Shown here: piece by piece, positions 63,708 through 64,000 of the stretch
Numbering within the stretch: position 1 is the first letter of the stretch
Layout of the letters: each line of letters begins with the position of its first letter
Source of the DNA: a virus
Lineage: Duplodnaviria; Caudoviricetes
Strand: one strand, 5' to 3'
IMG/VR virus record: IMGVR_UViG_2508501124_000001
Coordinates: 5,277-69,276 of that record
DNA: 64,000 bases
Translations under genes and position numbers: made by a program
The notes under the pieces: generated by a model
What the model was told of the DNA's origin: nothing
Seen by the model: only the letters and a program-made list of their open reading frames with translations
Database searches by the model: none

Positions 63708-64000
63708 GGTGGAACGTGTCGTATTTTGAACGAGTTCTGATCAACCTTTAAACTCGCTAAGCCAGCACGGGCTTTGCAGGCCTGCGATCTCTGTTGCAAC
63801 GACATGTACCACGCGCTGGCCAACGCAAGCAGGGCCGCCGTGAGCGGCAAGCCGAGCTCGCGCGCATGTGTCGCGACGGCGAACCATCCGCCGTAGATCG
63901 CGACGATCAGTACCCATGTCGGCCATTGCGTGCGCCATGTCCAGGTCGTTGCGAGGCTGGCGATTGTTTCGCGCTGTGTGTCGTCGAGGTAGATCGCCAT
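63659..64000 (-). pseudogene. Host fatty-acid desaturase, 5' part, interrupted by the prophage
   Basis: QWPTWVLIVAIYGGW..AWYMSLQ then unrelated tail; the expected HE.xHG His box is missing. Confidence 0.75.
63790..63806. other. Probable att core (prophage/host junction)
   Basis: Desaturase-like reading frame loses similarity after SLQ; palindrome GTTGCAAC at 63793-63800. Confidence 0.55.

Larger units (their letters stand above)
1..63800. mobile_element. Temperate prophage (lambdoid early/regulatory region + contractile-tail morphogenesis module); left end outside window
   Basis: Complete int-xis, recombination, immunity, replication, Q, head, tail and lysis modules; host gene interrupted at about 63.8 kb. 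Confidence 0.95.

Noticed and set aside
1-64000. CRISPR array, tRNA/rRNA genes, retron or DGR
   Set aside because: No regularly spaced direct repeats, no tRNA T-loop/acceptor patterns and no reverse transcriptase ORF were seen by eye

Overview
Almost the whole window is one temperate prophage of about 60% GC in a Burkholderiales-like host (Paraburkholderia/Burkholderia-type, inferred from gene content). Its left end lies outside the window. Its right end is an att junction near 63.8 kb that interrupts a host fatty-acid desaturase gene just before the first His box. The late operon is on the minus strand (about 35.7 kb down to <1): Q-type antiterminator and late promoter, terminase, DUF1073-type portal, Nudix-fused prohead protease, capsid, neck, contractile tail, baseplate, fibres/tailspike and lysis genes. 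Two plus-strand morons interrupt it: an Aca1/KorC-like HTH + SGNH-like lipoprotein + GT2 glycosyltransferase, and an unknown three-gene moron. The middle holds nin-like genes, replication genes (O-like, DnaB, HNH) and a lambdoid cI/cro switch with clear 17-bp operators. The plus-strand early-left operon carries long RNA hairpins, an acyl carrier protein, ERF/YqaJ/SSB, two transposase-less TnpB nucleases with a rearranged RuvC site, xis and int. Main leads: three fibre-like proteins with Sec signal peptides and Cys pairs; two TnpBs (one paired with an RHH gene) beside the recombination module; an Aca-like operon with an apparently empty slot; a phage ACP plus a disrupted host desaturase; and a family of long stem-loops. 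No tRNA, rRNA, CRISPR array or reverse transcriptase was seen. All family assignments come from motif recognition by eye, with no database searches.
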